Made by a program: the position numbers and the translations under genes
Shown here: positions 26,485 through 37,066 of the stretch, one piece after another
Layout of the letters: each line of letters begins with the position of its first letter
Position numbering within the stretch: the stretch's first letter is position 1
The notes under the pieces: generated by a model
What the model saw: the letters and a program-made list of their open reading frames with translations, nothing else
What the model was told of the DNA's origin: nothing
The model's database searches: none
Assembly: GCA_965226055.1 (NCBI GenBank)
Contig: CBDDCA010000005.1
Location: forward strand, 128,001 to 192,000
Length of the DNA: 64,000 bases
Reading direction: 5' to 3'
From: Spirochaetia bacterium
GTDB taxonomy: Bacteria > Spirochaetota > Spirochaetia > WTKD01 > G963693115

Positions 26485-27110
26485 CTTCCTTATTTCCCCC
26501 TATTATTCTTGCCTCTAGTTCCCCTCGCAGAAAAGATATTCTCTCGCAAATGCGTATTCAGTATACATGCATATCCCCTGACATACACGAGCATAGTATA
26601 CACAAAGATCCCGTAGCTTTTTGTAGCGACATAGCAGCACAAAAAGCCTCTGCAGTACAACAGTACATACAAAACAACACCGTAAAGAACGCACAACAAC
26701 TACAAAAGTATCGCTACATACTCTCTGCCGATACCATAGTGTATTGCAACACATCACTCTTACAGAAACCAGCAACAGTACAAGAAGCAAAAGAAATGCT
26801 CAGCATGCTTTCAGACACACAGCATACTGTATACAGCGCCCTATGTCTTCTTGACATGCACAATCACTCACGGGCAGTACACTGTGCCTCTGCAAAAGTA
26901 CAGTTTGCCCCCATCACTCCCCAAGAGCGAGACACATATCTTGCAAGCAACGAATGGCAAGGGGTAGCGGGAGGCTATCGTATACAAGGACTAGGAGCAT
27001 GCTTTATCACCTCCATTGAAGGAGAATATTCTACCGTACAGGGCTTGCCTATTCGATTACTTTATGATATACTTATATCTGTAGTTGCTAAGGATAATAC
27101 TATACTGTAG
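26481..27110 (+). CDS. maf: Maf-family nucleoside triphosphate pyrophosphatase
   Basis: ILASSSPRR, SADTIV, KP, AGGYRIQG and VQGLP motifs. Confidence 0.95.
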   Translation: MTSLFPPIILASSSPRRKDILSQMRIQYTCISPDIHEHSIHKDPVAFCSDIAAQKASAVQQYIQNNTVKNAQQLQKYRYILSADTIVYCNTSLLQKPATVQEAKEMLSMLSDTQHTVYSALCLLDMHNHSRAVHCASAKVQFAPITPQERDTYLASNEWQGVAGGYRIQGLGACFITSIEGEYSTVQGLPIRLLYDILISVVAKDNTIL

Positions 27111-27245
27111 AATGTATACCATAAAATTTACACGTAGCATTATCCCAACTACATATTTTCCGGTATATTATACAAAAGTATCGCTACTAAAGTATAATGA
27201 CTGAGTACAAAGAGAAGGAATACTATTTAATAGAATGGAGGAACT

Positions 27246-28142
27246 ATGGCAATGGTTACAATGAAAGATCTTCTTGAAGCAGGAGTGCATTTTGGGCATC
27301 AAGTAAAAAAATGGAATCCTAAAATGAAACGATTCATATACTCTTCAAGAAACAGTATACATATAATAAATCTTCAAAAGACAATACTATGTATTAAAGA
27401 TGCCTTTGATGCAGTACGCAAAACAATACTTGAAGGAAAACATATCCTCTTTGTTGGAACAAAAAAACAAGCACAGGATATAGTAAAAGAATCAGCTGAA
27501 AAATGCGAAATGCACTACATTACCCATCACTGGATGGGAGGCTTGCTCACTAACTTCAATACCATAAAGCAAACTGTCTCGCGACTAAAGCGTCTCGAAA
27601 AGATGCAAGCCGATGGCACTCTTGATCAGCTTACAAAAAAAGAACGCTCTCTCTATCTTAAAGACATAGAAAGACTCAATAAGCGTTTTGGAGGCATTAA
27701 GAGCATGGATAAAATTCCTGGCATGCTTTTTATTATAGATGTTCGTCTTGATGCTATAGCAATAGCCGAAGCAAAACGTCTCAATATTCCTATTGTAGCC
27801 GTAGTTGACACTAATAGCGATCCCACAAATATAGACTATCCTATTCCGGGCAACGATGATGCCATCAAAGCAATAGCTCTCTATACAAACATCATTTCAC
27901 AAGCTGTCCTTGAAGCAGACAAAGAAGTTAGTCTAGAATTTAACGCTGAAGAAGACTTTAAGGAACAGCTAGATAATCAAGATATATCAGGAATAGCAGA
28001 AGATCAATATACTGCTTACGAAGTAGAAGATTATTCAAACTATAAAGCAAACGAAGACAAAGAAATTACAGAAGAGCAATCTCAAGAAGAAGAAATTGCT
28101 CGTAAATCTGGAATAGAAGAAGATACTTTATATAAGTACTAA
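27246..28142 (+). CDS. rpsB: 30S ribosomal protein S2
   Basis: LLEAGVHFGH, WNPKM and IPGNDDAI motifs, with an acidic C-terminal tail. Confidence 0.99.
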   Translation: MAMVTMKDLLEAGVHFGHQVKKWNPKMKRFIYSSRNSIHIINLQKTILCIKDAFDAVRKTILEGKHILFVGTKKQAQDIVKESAEKCEMHYITHHWMGGLLTNFNTIKQTVSRLKRLEKMQADGTLDQLTKKERSLYLKDIERLNKRFGGIKSMDKIPGMLFIIDVRLDAIAIAEAKRLNIPIVAVVDTNSDPTNIDYPIPGNDDAIKAIALYTNIISQAVLEADKEVSLEFNAEEDFKEQLDNQDISGIAEDQYTAYEVEDYSNYKANEDKEITEEQSQEEEIARKSGIEEDTLYKY

Positions 28143-28168
28143 ACACATATATTAAAGAGGTATAACAC

Positions 28169-29008
28169 ATGTCAGTGTCAATGGAAGATATAAAAAAACT
28201 CCGTGCAAAAACAGGTGCAGGATTTGCAATCTGTAAAGAAGCATTGGAAAAACATAACAACAATTTTGATGAAGCTGTTACGCATCTACAAAAAATAGGA
28301 ATGGCAGAAGTAGCAAAACGTCGTGGTCGCTCAACAAGTGAAGGAAGCATTTTTACTAAAATTGAAGGCAACATTGCGGTCATACTAGAGCTTAGCTGTG
28401 AAACAGATTTCGTTGCACGCAATAAAGATTTTGTCGCATTAGGCAACGATTTAGCTACTACTATTCTTGAAAAAAAGCCTAGCAGTATTACAGATGAACT
28501 CAGATCAAAAGTAGAACGCACCATAGCCACTATCAAAGAAAACATGGAACTCCGCCGTTTCCAAATAATTGAAAAAAAAGAGTCAGAGATATTTGCACAT
28601 TATACGCACGGTGCTCCAGCAAAACTCGGTACTATTGTAATACTCTCAGTAGAAAATGGTGATGCTAACACTGAACTGATCAAAAAGTTTGCTCATAATA
28701 CCGCATTGCATGCAGTGGCAAAACTCCCCCTCTTTCTTACAAAAGACAGTGTGGATGAAACCTACAAAAATTCACAACTTGAAATTTTTAGGGAACAAGC
28801 TGCCCAAACAGGAAAATCAGGAGACATTGCAGAAAAAATTGTTATGGGAAAATGGAATAAGCTCTTAAACGAAGTATGTTTTATACAACAGCCGTGGGTG
28901 TTTGATGAAAAAAGCACAGTAGCAAAAGAGTTAGAAACAATACAAAAAGAATCTGGAGCAACAATCACCATTTCTCAATTTTTAATATACACACTAGGGT
29001 CAGATTAG
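28169..29008 (+). CDS. tsf: Elongation factor Ts
   Basis: IKKLRAKTGAG...CKEAL and ELSCETDFVARN motifs. Confidence 0.98.
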   Translation: MSVSMEDIKKLRAKTGAGFAICKEALEKHNNNFDEAVTHLQKIGMAEVAKRRGRSTSEGSIFTKIEGNIAVILELSCETDFVARNKDFVALGNDLATTILEKKPSSITDELRSKVERTIATIKENMELRRFQIIEKKESEIFAHYTHGAPAKLGTIVILSVENGDANTELIKKFAHNTALHAVAKLPLFLTKDSVDETYKNSQLEIFREQAAQTGKSGDIAEKIVMGKWNKLLNEVCFIQQPWVFDEKSTVAKELETIQKESGATITISQFLIYTLGSD

Positions 29009-29013
29009 GAGCA

Positions 29014-29577
29014 ATGATGACAACACATGATATTATATCCCAAGCAAAAGAGAAAATGCAAAAAAGCATTCATGCATTTCAAGAAAAACTGGCAACACTG
29101 CGTACAGGAAGAGCCTCAATACACCAGTTTGAAAACATTCAAGTAGAATGCTATGGTACAGCAAGCCCATTAAAACAGCTCGCTAATATTAACTCTCCTG
29201 AACCAAGACTCATTACTATACAAGCGTGGGATACTTCTATCTTAGGAGATATTGAAAAAGCCATACAAAAAACAATGGTCTCTATCAACCCTCAAAACGA
29301 TGGAAAAATACTGCGTATACATATACCCCCTCTCACAGATGAAACAAGACAGCAAAACATTAAGCTATCAAAAAGCTATGAAGAAGAAGCGAAAGTTGCT
29401 ATTCGAAACATCCGAAGAGAAGCAAATGACAAATTAAAAAAGCTAGAACAAAGCAGTGAAATAAGTAAAGACGAACTTGCTACCCACGAGCAAGAAATAC
29501 AAAAACTCACTGATGAAGATATTAAGCAACTTGATACAATACAAGCAAAAAAAGCAAAAGAAATAATTGATGATTAA
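29014..29577 (+). CDS. frr: Ribosome recycling factor
   Basis: LRTGRA, NPQNDG, IPPLTDE and KVAIRNIRR motifs. Confidence 0.98.
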   Translation: MMTTHDIISQAKEKMQKSIHAFQEKLATLRTGRASIHQFENIQVECYGTASPLKQLANINSPEPRLITIQAWDTSILGDIEKAIQKTMVSINPQNDGKILRIHIPPLTDETRQQNIKLSKSYEEEAKVAIRNIRREANDKLKKLEQSSEISKDELATHEQEIQKLTDEDIKQLDTIQAKKAKEIIDD

Positions 29578-30371
29578 TGACACTAAAGTCTTCCTCTCCA
29601 CTTTCTACCATACACCATAACAGCTCTCAAACAGACATTCCTCTTTCAAAAAAAAATGAAAAAAAGACCTTTCATACATTACCTCAGCATGTTGCCATTA
29701 TCATGGATGGCAACGGAAGATGGGCAAAACAAAAAAAACTAAAGCGCGAAAAAGGACATGAAAATGGCGTAAATCCAGTAAAAGCAAGTATTTTAGAATG
29801 CATACAGCTAGGCATCCCCTATCTTTCTGTGTATGTTTTTTCTACAGAAAATTGGAAACGCCCTAGACATGAAGTATCCTTTATCATGCAAATGCTCAGC
29901 AAGCGGCTCAGAAATAACTACGATTTCTATCGACAAAATAACATACGTATAGTACACTCAGGAAACCGTGAAGCATTAAACAAAAGCACCTTAAAAGAAA
30001 TTGATAAAGTGGTAAACGAAACCAAGCATAACACTGCAGTCACTCTCAACATGGCATGCAACTATGGAGGAAAAGACGAAATTATCAGAGGCATTAAGAA
30101 TTTTTTTTCACAAGGAAACACGTTGTCTCAGCTTAACGAACACGAATTTACTAAATATCTTGACACTCCTGAGCTACCTGATATTGATTTATTGATTCGT
30201 ACTGGAGGACATGCACGATTAAGCAATTTTTTCTTATGGAAAGTTGCATATGCAGAATTATATTTTACCAATGTACTGTGGCCTGATTGGTCAAAAGAAA
30301 ATTTTCTTGACGCTATACAATTTTATCAATCAGTAAAAAGAAAGTTTGGTGCATTAAAGGAAAATTTTTAG
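29577..30371 (+). CDS. uppS: Undecaprenyl (polyprenyl) diphosphate synthase
   Basis: PQHVAIIMDGNGRWA, FSTENWKR, NYGG and LLIRTGG..RLSNF motifs. Confidence 0.97.
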   Translation: MTLKSSSPLSTIHHNSSQTDIPLSKKNEKKTFHTLPQHVAIIMDGNGRWAKQKKLKREKGHENGVNPVKASILECIQLGIPYLSVYVFSTENWKRPRHEVSFIMQMLSKRLRNNYDFYRQNNIRIVHSGNREALNKSTLKEIDKVVNETKHNTAVTLNMACNYGGKDEIIRGIKNFFSQGNTLSQLNEHEFTKYLDTPELPDIDLLIRTGGHARLSNFFLWKVAYAELYFTNVLWPDWSKENFLDAIQFYQSVKRKFGALKENF

Positions 30372-30374
30372 TGT

Positions 30375-31265
30375 ATGCCAATATTATCTAACAAAGTACA
30401 AAGAACCATTATCACTCTCTTTGGTATCAGCATTACTTTCATACTGTTTGCTATCCCCTATTTTGATTACATAACAGTAAAAATAGCCTATTTTATTGTA
30501 CTAACACTCAGTATAGTAGAACTACATTCAATACTGCCAAAATCACTGCAGTTTCATTCCCCTATTACTGCTATACTTATAGGAAGTTTCAGCTCCATAC
30601 TCACTTTTCTCAGTCACTACTATGTATTCTTTCTGTATATATCAAATGTGTTACTCAACACAAGGACACTTTTTTTCATTATCATGATGCTGATATGCTT
30701 AAATTTCATGGCAGTACAGAAAAAGCAAGATCATATTTTTAAGACAATATTCAAATGCACATTTTTTCTCATCTATCCAGGAACTATGTTTTCGTTTATT
30801 CTTTCTATACTCACTATCAAACCGTATCCTCTTCTTCATCTGTATATAGTGGTCTTTACAGTATACATAGCAGATGGATTTTCTTATTTAACAGGAATTA
30901 TATTACGCCCTAAACATTCAATGCTTCCGCACTCCATCCATGCTATCAGCCCAAAAAAAACATTGATTGGCTACATAGGTGGCACAGTATTTGCTCTATA
31001 CTTTATGTTTTTAACAAGGCATACAGAACCTTCACTATTTCCATTTTCATTACCACTCTTTGTATTATTTGCTATGATGGTCATTTTTAGCACATTTATT
31101 GGTGATTTATTTGAATCTACACTAAAAAGAAAATTAAACATAAAAGACAGTGGCACATTGATGCTAGGACGTGGCGGAGTACTTGATTCTTTTGATTCAC
31201 TCTATTTTGCTGCTCCAACCTACTATCTACTGTACACATTGTTTGCTACATTATTTTCACAATAA
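30375..31265 (+). CDS. cdsA: Phosphatidate cytidylyltransferase
   Basis: ISPKKT and GDLFESTLKRKLNIKDSG...GRGGVLDSFDS motifs. Confidence 0.95.
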   Translation: MPILSNKVQRTIITLFGISITFILFAIPYFDYITVKIAYFIVLTLSIVELHSILPKSLQFHSPITAILIGSFSSILTFLSHYYVFFLYISNVLLNTRTLFFIIMMLICLNFMAVQKKQDHIFKTIFKCTFFLIYPGTMFSFILSILTIKPYPLLHLYIVVFTVYIADGFSYLTGIILRPKHSMLPHSIHAISPKKTLIGYIGGTVFALYFMFLTRHTEPSLFPFSLPLFVLFAMMVIFSTFIGDLFESTLKRKLNIKDSGTLMLGRGGVLDSFDSLYFAAPTYYLLYTLFATLFSQ

Positions 31266-31293
31266 CAATATACTAAACACTAGGAGAACTATT

Positions 31294-32616
31294 ATGCTAC
31301 TTATTGGATTACTATGCATTGGAGTTATCATCACAGTCCATGAATTTGGACATTATTTTTTCGCAAAATTATTTTCAGTAAGCGTCCATGAATTTGCTAT
31401 TGGCATAGGACCAAAACTCTATTCTCGTCAAGGAAAGCATACATTGTTTACATTACGAGCATTTCCTCTGGGAGGCTTCTGTAAACTTGAGAGTTTTGAT
31501 ACGCAAGCACTCGAACAACTCAGTCCTGCACAGAAAAAACAACCTATACGTTTTATACAAGGCTCTCTTTACGCAGTATCATATGGAAAAAGAGTTCTTA
31601 TTCTACTCGGTGGCATTATCGCAAACATAGTATTTTTCTACTTATTATTTTTTCTTTTATTCATATTTCAATATAAACAAAATGCTTTTCGTCCAGATAT
31701 AGAACCAATAGAAAACTCCCCTGCCATTGAAGCAGGCTTACAAACAGGAGACACTATCACTGCAATAAATACAATGACAGTACAGAGCTTTGAAGAAATA
31801 CGCAGTACTCTTGAGAAGTTTGCAGGAGAATCTGTTACCATATACTATACACGCAACAACGCTTCCTTTTCCACTATTGCTACTCTTAATGCACAGCCTC
31901 CCGTGTTAGGCATACGCCCCTTTGTAGCCCCAGTCATATATACCTTTGATGCATCATCTAAAGCCTCTCTCACCCGCATAAAAGAAGGAGATACCATACA
32001 AGCTATCAACACACAACCTGTTATAAATATATATGACTATTACTCTATTTTACAATCTATCAAAGATCAAGTTGCACGATTTGATATGCAAACCCCTGAT
32101 GGCACACAATACCATGTAGACATTGAACTAGAATCAAACCCAGTAAAAGAACTAGGCATATACTTTCCACAATATAAAATAGCCATGACCTTTAGCTCAT
32201 TTATACAAACCACCAGTACCTATATTATAGAAGTAATGAGGGCAACCTTTGGCATTCTTATTAAACTATTTACATTTAATACAAGTGAAATAACACAAAA
32301 TGCAGCAGGACCTATACGGCTTATGTCTATTATAGGTTCAATAACAGCTAATAATATTTCTACTGGAGGAATAATAGAAGCAATATTAGGAGTTATTCGT
32401 ATTACCGCCCTCATTTCACTTGGAATTGGTATTTTTAACCTGCTCCCTATTCCTGTACTAGATGGAGGACACATATTCTTTCATAGTATTTTTGCCATAC
32501 TAAGAAAAATACCGAGCTACAGATCAGTATCTTTTTTTAATACCTTTGGTGTTATCATACTACTTACTTTATTTATTCTTGTTGCAATTAAGGATATAAG
32601 TTTTTTGATACAATAA
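31294..32616 (+). CDS. rseP: RIP metalloprotease RseP (M50 family, PDZ domains)
   Basis: HEFGH, PLGGFC and NLLPIPVLDGG motifs. Start moved to ATG 31294, which follows AGGAG at 31282. Confidence 0.95.
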   Translation: MLLIGLLCIGVIITVHEFGHYFFAKLFSVSVHEFAIGIGPKLYSRQGKHTLFTLRAFPLGGFCKLESFDTQALEQLSPAQKKQPIRFIQGSLYAVSYGKRVLILLGGIIANIVFFYLLFFLLFIFQYKQNAFRPDIEPIENSPAIEAGLQTGDTITAINTMTVQSFEEIRSTLEKFAGESVTIYYTRNNASFSTIATLNAQPPVLGIRPFVAPVIYTFDASSKASLTRIKEGDTIQAINTQPVINIYDYYSILQSIKDQVARFDMQTPDGTQYHVDIELESNPVKELGIYFPQYKIAMTFSSFIQTTSTYIIEVMRATFGILIKLFTFNTSEITQNAAGPIRLMSIIGSITANNISTGGIIEAILGVIRITALISLGIGIFNLLPIPVLDGGHIFFHSIFAILRKIPSYRSVSFFNTFGVIILLTLFILVAIKDISFLIQ

Positions 32617-32622
32617 TAGTAT

Positions 32623-34965
32623 ATGCAGTATACCCCCATGTTGCATACAACAACACGTAAACAACTCCTTTTATGGCTATGTACCATTTTCTTTCTATTT
32701 TTAGGTAATAGGCATCATGCAGTATCTCAAGAATCTATTTCCCGTACCCCCTCCATAGAAGCCACACATGAATCAAAAATACTCCTTATTGCACAACATA
32801 AACAGCATATATATTCTCTCGACAATTATTCTTTACTGAAAATACAAGAAAAAACAACCACTCACTCAGAACAAGATAATATTCAAACAATTTTCATAGG
32901 GAGAGAACAACTAAAAAGAGCATACTTTCGTTATCCATTTATTATAACAGAAACAGTACAAAACTCCCTTGTATTCTATAATATTATAGAACAAAAAAAT
33001 CTCTACACATTTCCAAGCGATGGACACAGCTTTGCTCTCTCAAATGACAGTACACTGTTTGCTTTTAGTTATAGATCGCATATAGTTATTATTAACCTCG
33101 TTGAAAGAACCATACTCAACAGTATTCCATTTAACACATCTACTCCTCCATTATTTATGACTATCGCATCTAACAACAAAAATATTATGGTATATTACTC
33201 AGATGGCACGATAGAGTATTTACAAATCAGTACCGCAAAAATCTTACAGAAAGCAAAAAATAATAACAAACTCCTTGCTCTTACATTAAACACAAGCCGT
33301 AGGTATATCATTGGTCATAATGACACTAACCTCTTAAGTATTGATGCAGTAAACGGAAATACTATCAGCAATTACTTCTTTACTGATACTATACAACAAA
33401 TACAAATAAGTCAATCGACTAATACTGTATTAGTAGTAAGTAAAAACTCTCAGGCCACACAGACAATTTCTTTTTATACCATCTTAAAAAATGGAAGACT
33501 CGTCCTAGATGATAATTTTCAAATATCAGGATTAAAAAAAATAAGTACTATTTCAGAAGTAGATGAAACTACTGTGTTTATTGGAAAAGCCGATGGCTCT
33601 ATACTTTCCTACAATAGAACAGATAGTATTTTTTCTTTATTATACCCTAACACTACACAAGCAATATACGACGCAAGCATATTTAATGCTTCTCTTGTTA
33701 TTGCAAAATCAGATAGCCTTATACACCTTCCTTTAGACAACATTATCACCACACAAAATACACAAAACTACAGTAATACAAAAGAAACACATAGCATCTA
33801 CCGTGAAATAGAGTATACTCCTACTATACTGCTACAATATGAAAACCCACGTTTTATCCGTCCGCATACCCTTACAGAATATTCCAAAAACTCCATGTAT
33901 ATTCTTTCACAAAATCCACTCAATCCATTATTATATACATTTAATAAAGAGTTTGCACTCATCAAAGCCGATACCTTACAGTTTATTCCCGATCTAGTAT
34001 TTATTCCGCAAAATGACTATATACTCTACTATCAAGAACAAAGTGCCTTTTTAGTATCACGTACCCATACTAATGAAACTAATGTTATCTTAGACACAAA
34101 CCAGCTTATATATAGCTTACAATATCCTATGTATACAAAAGAAGCCTCATATGCCAACCCTGTGTTATGGCTTAATACTCCTATCAATCAGAGAAAAAGT
34201 GCAAATACAGTTAGCACAGATTTACAATTATGGGCATATTCTCTCAAAAATATACAACAGCTTTCTCCTTCTTCGTCTGTTACAAGCAATACAAATAATA
34301 GTAACAACAATACTATTATATCTCAAAACAACCCTACCAATACAATAAGTAACAACATACAAACAGACATAGATCCTCAAACTATACAGTTTCCTTTTAA
34401 CTCAAAAGAGATAATATACATTCAAGCTATACATACTTCTCCTAACAACAGTTTTTTTCTTATCAATAAAACCCCATCATACAATAGAAGCGAGCAAGCA
34501 GATACCATAACAAACAATACATTTCAATTTTCGTATCAAAATTTCTCTCTATCGCCATCAAGGTATACTGTACATGTAGCGACAAAAAAACATACACAAC
34601 AAAATAACAGCGATATCAATGCACTGTTTTCTCTTATCAATACCCCTCTCGCTACTATCGATCATGATGATATAGTATATGTGCTTCCATATGGAGACTC
34701 TCATGAATCACTGCTTTTGTTTACAAAAAACTACATACAAATCATTACCGTAGATATTACTACATTAAGCCTTTCTTTCGATACACGCATGAAATACCCT
34801 GATAATTTCAGTATCCTTCGCAATGTAGGAGTATACGACAATTATATTGTGATGGTAGACACACACAACACACTCATAATGCTTGAAATACAAAATAATA
34901 CTATCCAGAACAGAGCAAAGCTATTTCTGAGTGAACGCACAATACATATACAAGAACACATGTAA
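32623..34965 (+). CDS. Exported hypothetical protein, possibly beta-propeller/WD40-like, with an Asn-rich segment
   Basis: 780-aa ORF with a signal-like N-terminus and repeated strand-turn motifs (YYSDGTI, GKADGSI). Confidence 0.55.
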   Translation: MQYTPMLHTTTRKQLLLWLCTIFFLFLGNRHHAVSQESISRTPSIEATHESKILLIAQHKQHIYSLDNYSLLKIQEKTTTHSEQDNIQTIFIGREQLKRAYFRYPFIITETVQNSLVFYNIIEQKNLYTFPSDGHSFALSNDSTLFAFSYRSHIVIINLVERTILNSIPFNTSTPPLFMTIASNNKNIMVYYSDGTIEYLQISTAKILQKAKNNNKLLALTLNTSRRYIIGHNDTNLLSIDAVNGNTISNYFFTDTIQQIQISQSTNTVLVVSKNSQATQTISFYTILKNGRLVLDDNFQISGLKKISTISEVDETTVFIGKADGSILSYNRTDSIFSLLYPNTTQAIYDASIFNASLVIAKSDSLIHLPLDNIITTQNTQNYSNTKETHSIYREIEYTPTILLQYENPRFIRPHTLTEYSKNSMYILSQNPLNPLLYTFNKEFALIKADTLQFIPDLVFIPQNDYILYYQEQSAFLVSRTHTNETNVILDTNQLIYSLQYPMYTKEASYANPVLWLNTPINQRKSANTVSTDLQLWAYSLKNIQQLSPSSSVTSNTNNSNNNTIISQNNPTNTISNNIQTDIDPQTIQFPFNSKEIIYIQAIHTSPNNSFFLINKTPSYNRSEQADTITNNTFQFSYQNFSLSPSRYTVHVATKKHTQQNNSDINALFSLINTPLATIDHDDIVYVLPYGDSHESLLLFTKNYIQIITVDITTLSLSFDTRMKYPDNFSILRNVGVYDNYIVMVDTHNTLIMLEIQNNTIQNRAKLFLSERTIHIQEHM

Positions 34966-35014
34966 TATATTACTACTCCCCTATACTTGTACTATACTTG
35001 TGTGCGTGATGATG

Positions 35015-36394
35015 CTATTCAAAACTTCCAAATTTTCGCTTATCCACTTGATTAGTAGTCTCTACGGCTTGATTAGTGGCTAACTCCTTAAAAGTAAAGT
35101 TAGAAAAATTATACATAACAGAACCAGTCGGACCATTTCGTTGTTTTGCTATAATAAGTTTTATGAGACTAGGGTTATTGTCTTCTGCTTTATGAAGAAA
35201 AAGAACAACATCAGCGTCTTGTTCAATAGCTCCCGATTCTCTAATATTTGCTAAACTAGGATTTTTTCCTTCTCCTTCACGATTTAACTGAGAGAGAACA
35301 ACGATAGGAATATCTAACTCTCCTGCTAATACTTTAAGAGAACGAGAAATTTCAGCAAACTGTTCATGTTTAGGCAATACATATCTCCCTTGCCCATCAT
35401 CATTAAAACGGTGATAATAATTCAACAAGCCAAGATAATCAATAAAAATAACTTTCACTCCTTCCTTATGCACTAATCTTCGTGCTTGCACCTTTAAGTC
35501 AAATAAGCTGAGAGATTTTATGTCCGATATAAACAGTTGTGCTTGAGAATATTGTATGACAACTTTCTGAATTCTTTGCAGTTCAACATCGGATAACATA
35601 TTTTGTCGTATTTTTTCATTATCTATCCCTGTCAGCTGACATACAAGACGAGACACAATTTCTCTCCCTTGCATTTCCATAGAAAAATACCCTACAGGAA
35701 TATTCTGTTCAAACGCTATACTCTGTACCATATTCAAAGAAAAAGCTGTTTTTCCCACTGACGGCCTCGCTCCAAGAATAATAAGCTCTCCATCCTGTAG
35801 CCCTGATAAAATTTTATCTAACTTTAGAAATTTTGTCTCTATTCCCGAATATGTTCCTTGTGGCTCTTCCGATCTCCTCTGAACAACAGAATAAAACTCA
35901 GAAAGATAATGTTCCACATCATGATACATTTTACTCTGTACCCTATCGGTAACATCAAAAATATTTTTCTCACATTCCTCTATAACACCTAAAATTTCCT
36001 TTGATTCATCCTGAGCCCACCCCAGCATTTCCCCTGAAAATCGTATAAGTCTTCTACGCTGGTTTTTCTGAATTATTATCTGTGCATAGTATCCAATAGC
36101 ACTCTCTCCTACTATCCCTTTCTCTAACAACGATGAGATATACGCAGTGCCACCTGCTAACTGTAGCTTATTTTCTGCCATTAAAAAATCTGATATAGAA
36201 ACAATATCTACAGGATTACCTGTATCCCATAGCTGTATTATTGCAGAAAATAACAAACGGTGGCGTTCAAAATAAAAGTCTTCTTTGGCGGGCTTATTAT
36301 CTAATTCTGAAAATAAACTCGCATTATTTAAGAGAACACCAAGAAAGGATTGCTCAGCATCCTCATTATAGGGTAATGCAGTATTTGACTCCAT
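35015..36394 (-). CDS. dnaB: Replicative DNA helicase
   Basis: ILGARPSVGKT, FIDYL, LSQLNR, RESGAIEQDAD and IAKQRNGPTG motifs. Confidence 0.98.
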   Translation of the reverse strand: MESNTALPYNEDAEQSFLGVLLNNASLFSELDNKPAKEDFYFERHRLLFSAIIQLWDTGNPVDIVSISDFLMAENKLQLAGGTAYISSLLEKGIVGESAIGYYAQIIIQKNQRRRLIRFSGEMLGWAQDESKEILGVIEECEKNIFDVTDRVQSKMYHDVEHYLSEFYSVVQRRSEEPQGTYSGIETKFLKLDKILSGLQDGELIILGARPSVGKTAFSLNMVQSIAFEQNIPVGYFSMEMQGREIVSRLVCQLTGIDNEKIRQNMLSDVELQRIQKVVIQYSQAQLFISDIKSLSLFDLKVQARRLVHKEGVKVIFIDYLGLLNYYHRFNDDGQGRYVLPKHEQFAEISRSLKVLAGELDIPIVVLSQLNREGEGKNPSLANIRESGAIEQDADVVLFLHKAEDNNPSLIKLIIAKQRNGPTGSVMYNFSNFTFKELATNQAVETTNQVDKRKFGSFE

Positions 36395-36433
36395 CTATAC
36401 TATCTGTATATCTCCACCTATGAAAAGGCAAAA

Positions 36434-37057
36434 CTAAACAGTACTGCTCTCAGTATCTTGTTGTACACTGCTCTCTGATGAAGATGAAGAAGCGTTTGAA
36501 TCTGACTGTACATTGTCAGATGATGCACTATCAGCTATAGTATCGGAAATATCAGACACACTATCATGAGTAGCAGGCTCTTCTTTATCATGAGACAGGA
36601 CATTTGGATAATTTTCGGACATTATATCAATAGAAAATGTTGCACTCACATTTTGGCTAAACTTAGCAATAAGCTCATATACCCCTACCGACTTTATCGT
36701 GTGTTCAGGCACTAATAATTGTCGCTTATCTATTTCAATTCCTTCTTTTACAAGTGCATCTAACACTATAGCCTGATTGATAGCTCCATACAAATGCCCT
36801 TTATCATTTGTCTTAATAACTATAGCAAAAGTCTTTCCTTCTATGCGTTCTTTTAGGCTCATCTGCTGTAGACGCTTTTCTTCTTTTCTTTTCTGTATCG
36901 CTTTTTGCCTACTCTTAAGCACAGAAACATTTTGATTACTATGCTCTACCCCTTTTCTACTAGGAATAAGATAATTACGTGCATACCCATTTGCAATATC
37001 CACTATATCGCCTTCTTCTCCTAATCCATGAACATCTTTTGTTAATATAACTTTCAT
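36434..37057 (-). CDS. rplI: 50S ribosomal protein L9
   Basis: MKVIL..DV.GLGEEGD and GYARNYLIP motifs, with a Ser/Asp-rich tail. Confidence 0.97.
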   Translation of the reverse strand: MKVILTKDVHGLGEEGDIVDIANGYARNYLIPSRKGVEHSNQNVSVLKSRQKAIQKRKEEKRLQQMSLKERIEGKTFAIVIKTNDKGHLYGAINQAIVLDALVKEGIEIDKRQLLVPEHTIKSVGVYELIAKFSQNVSATFSIDIMSENYPNVLSHDKEEPATHDSVSDISDTIADSASSDNVQSDSNASSSSSESSVQQDTESSTV

Positions 37058-37066
37058 ATAAAGCTC

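Noticed and set aside
31171-31293. Long N-terminal extension of RseP overlapping cdsA
   Set aside because: An artefact of an upstream GTG; a good RBS precedes ATG 31294.
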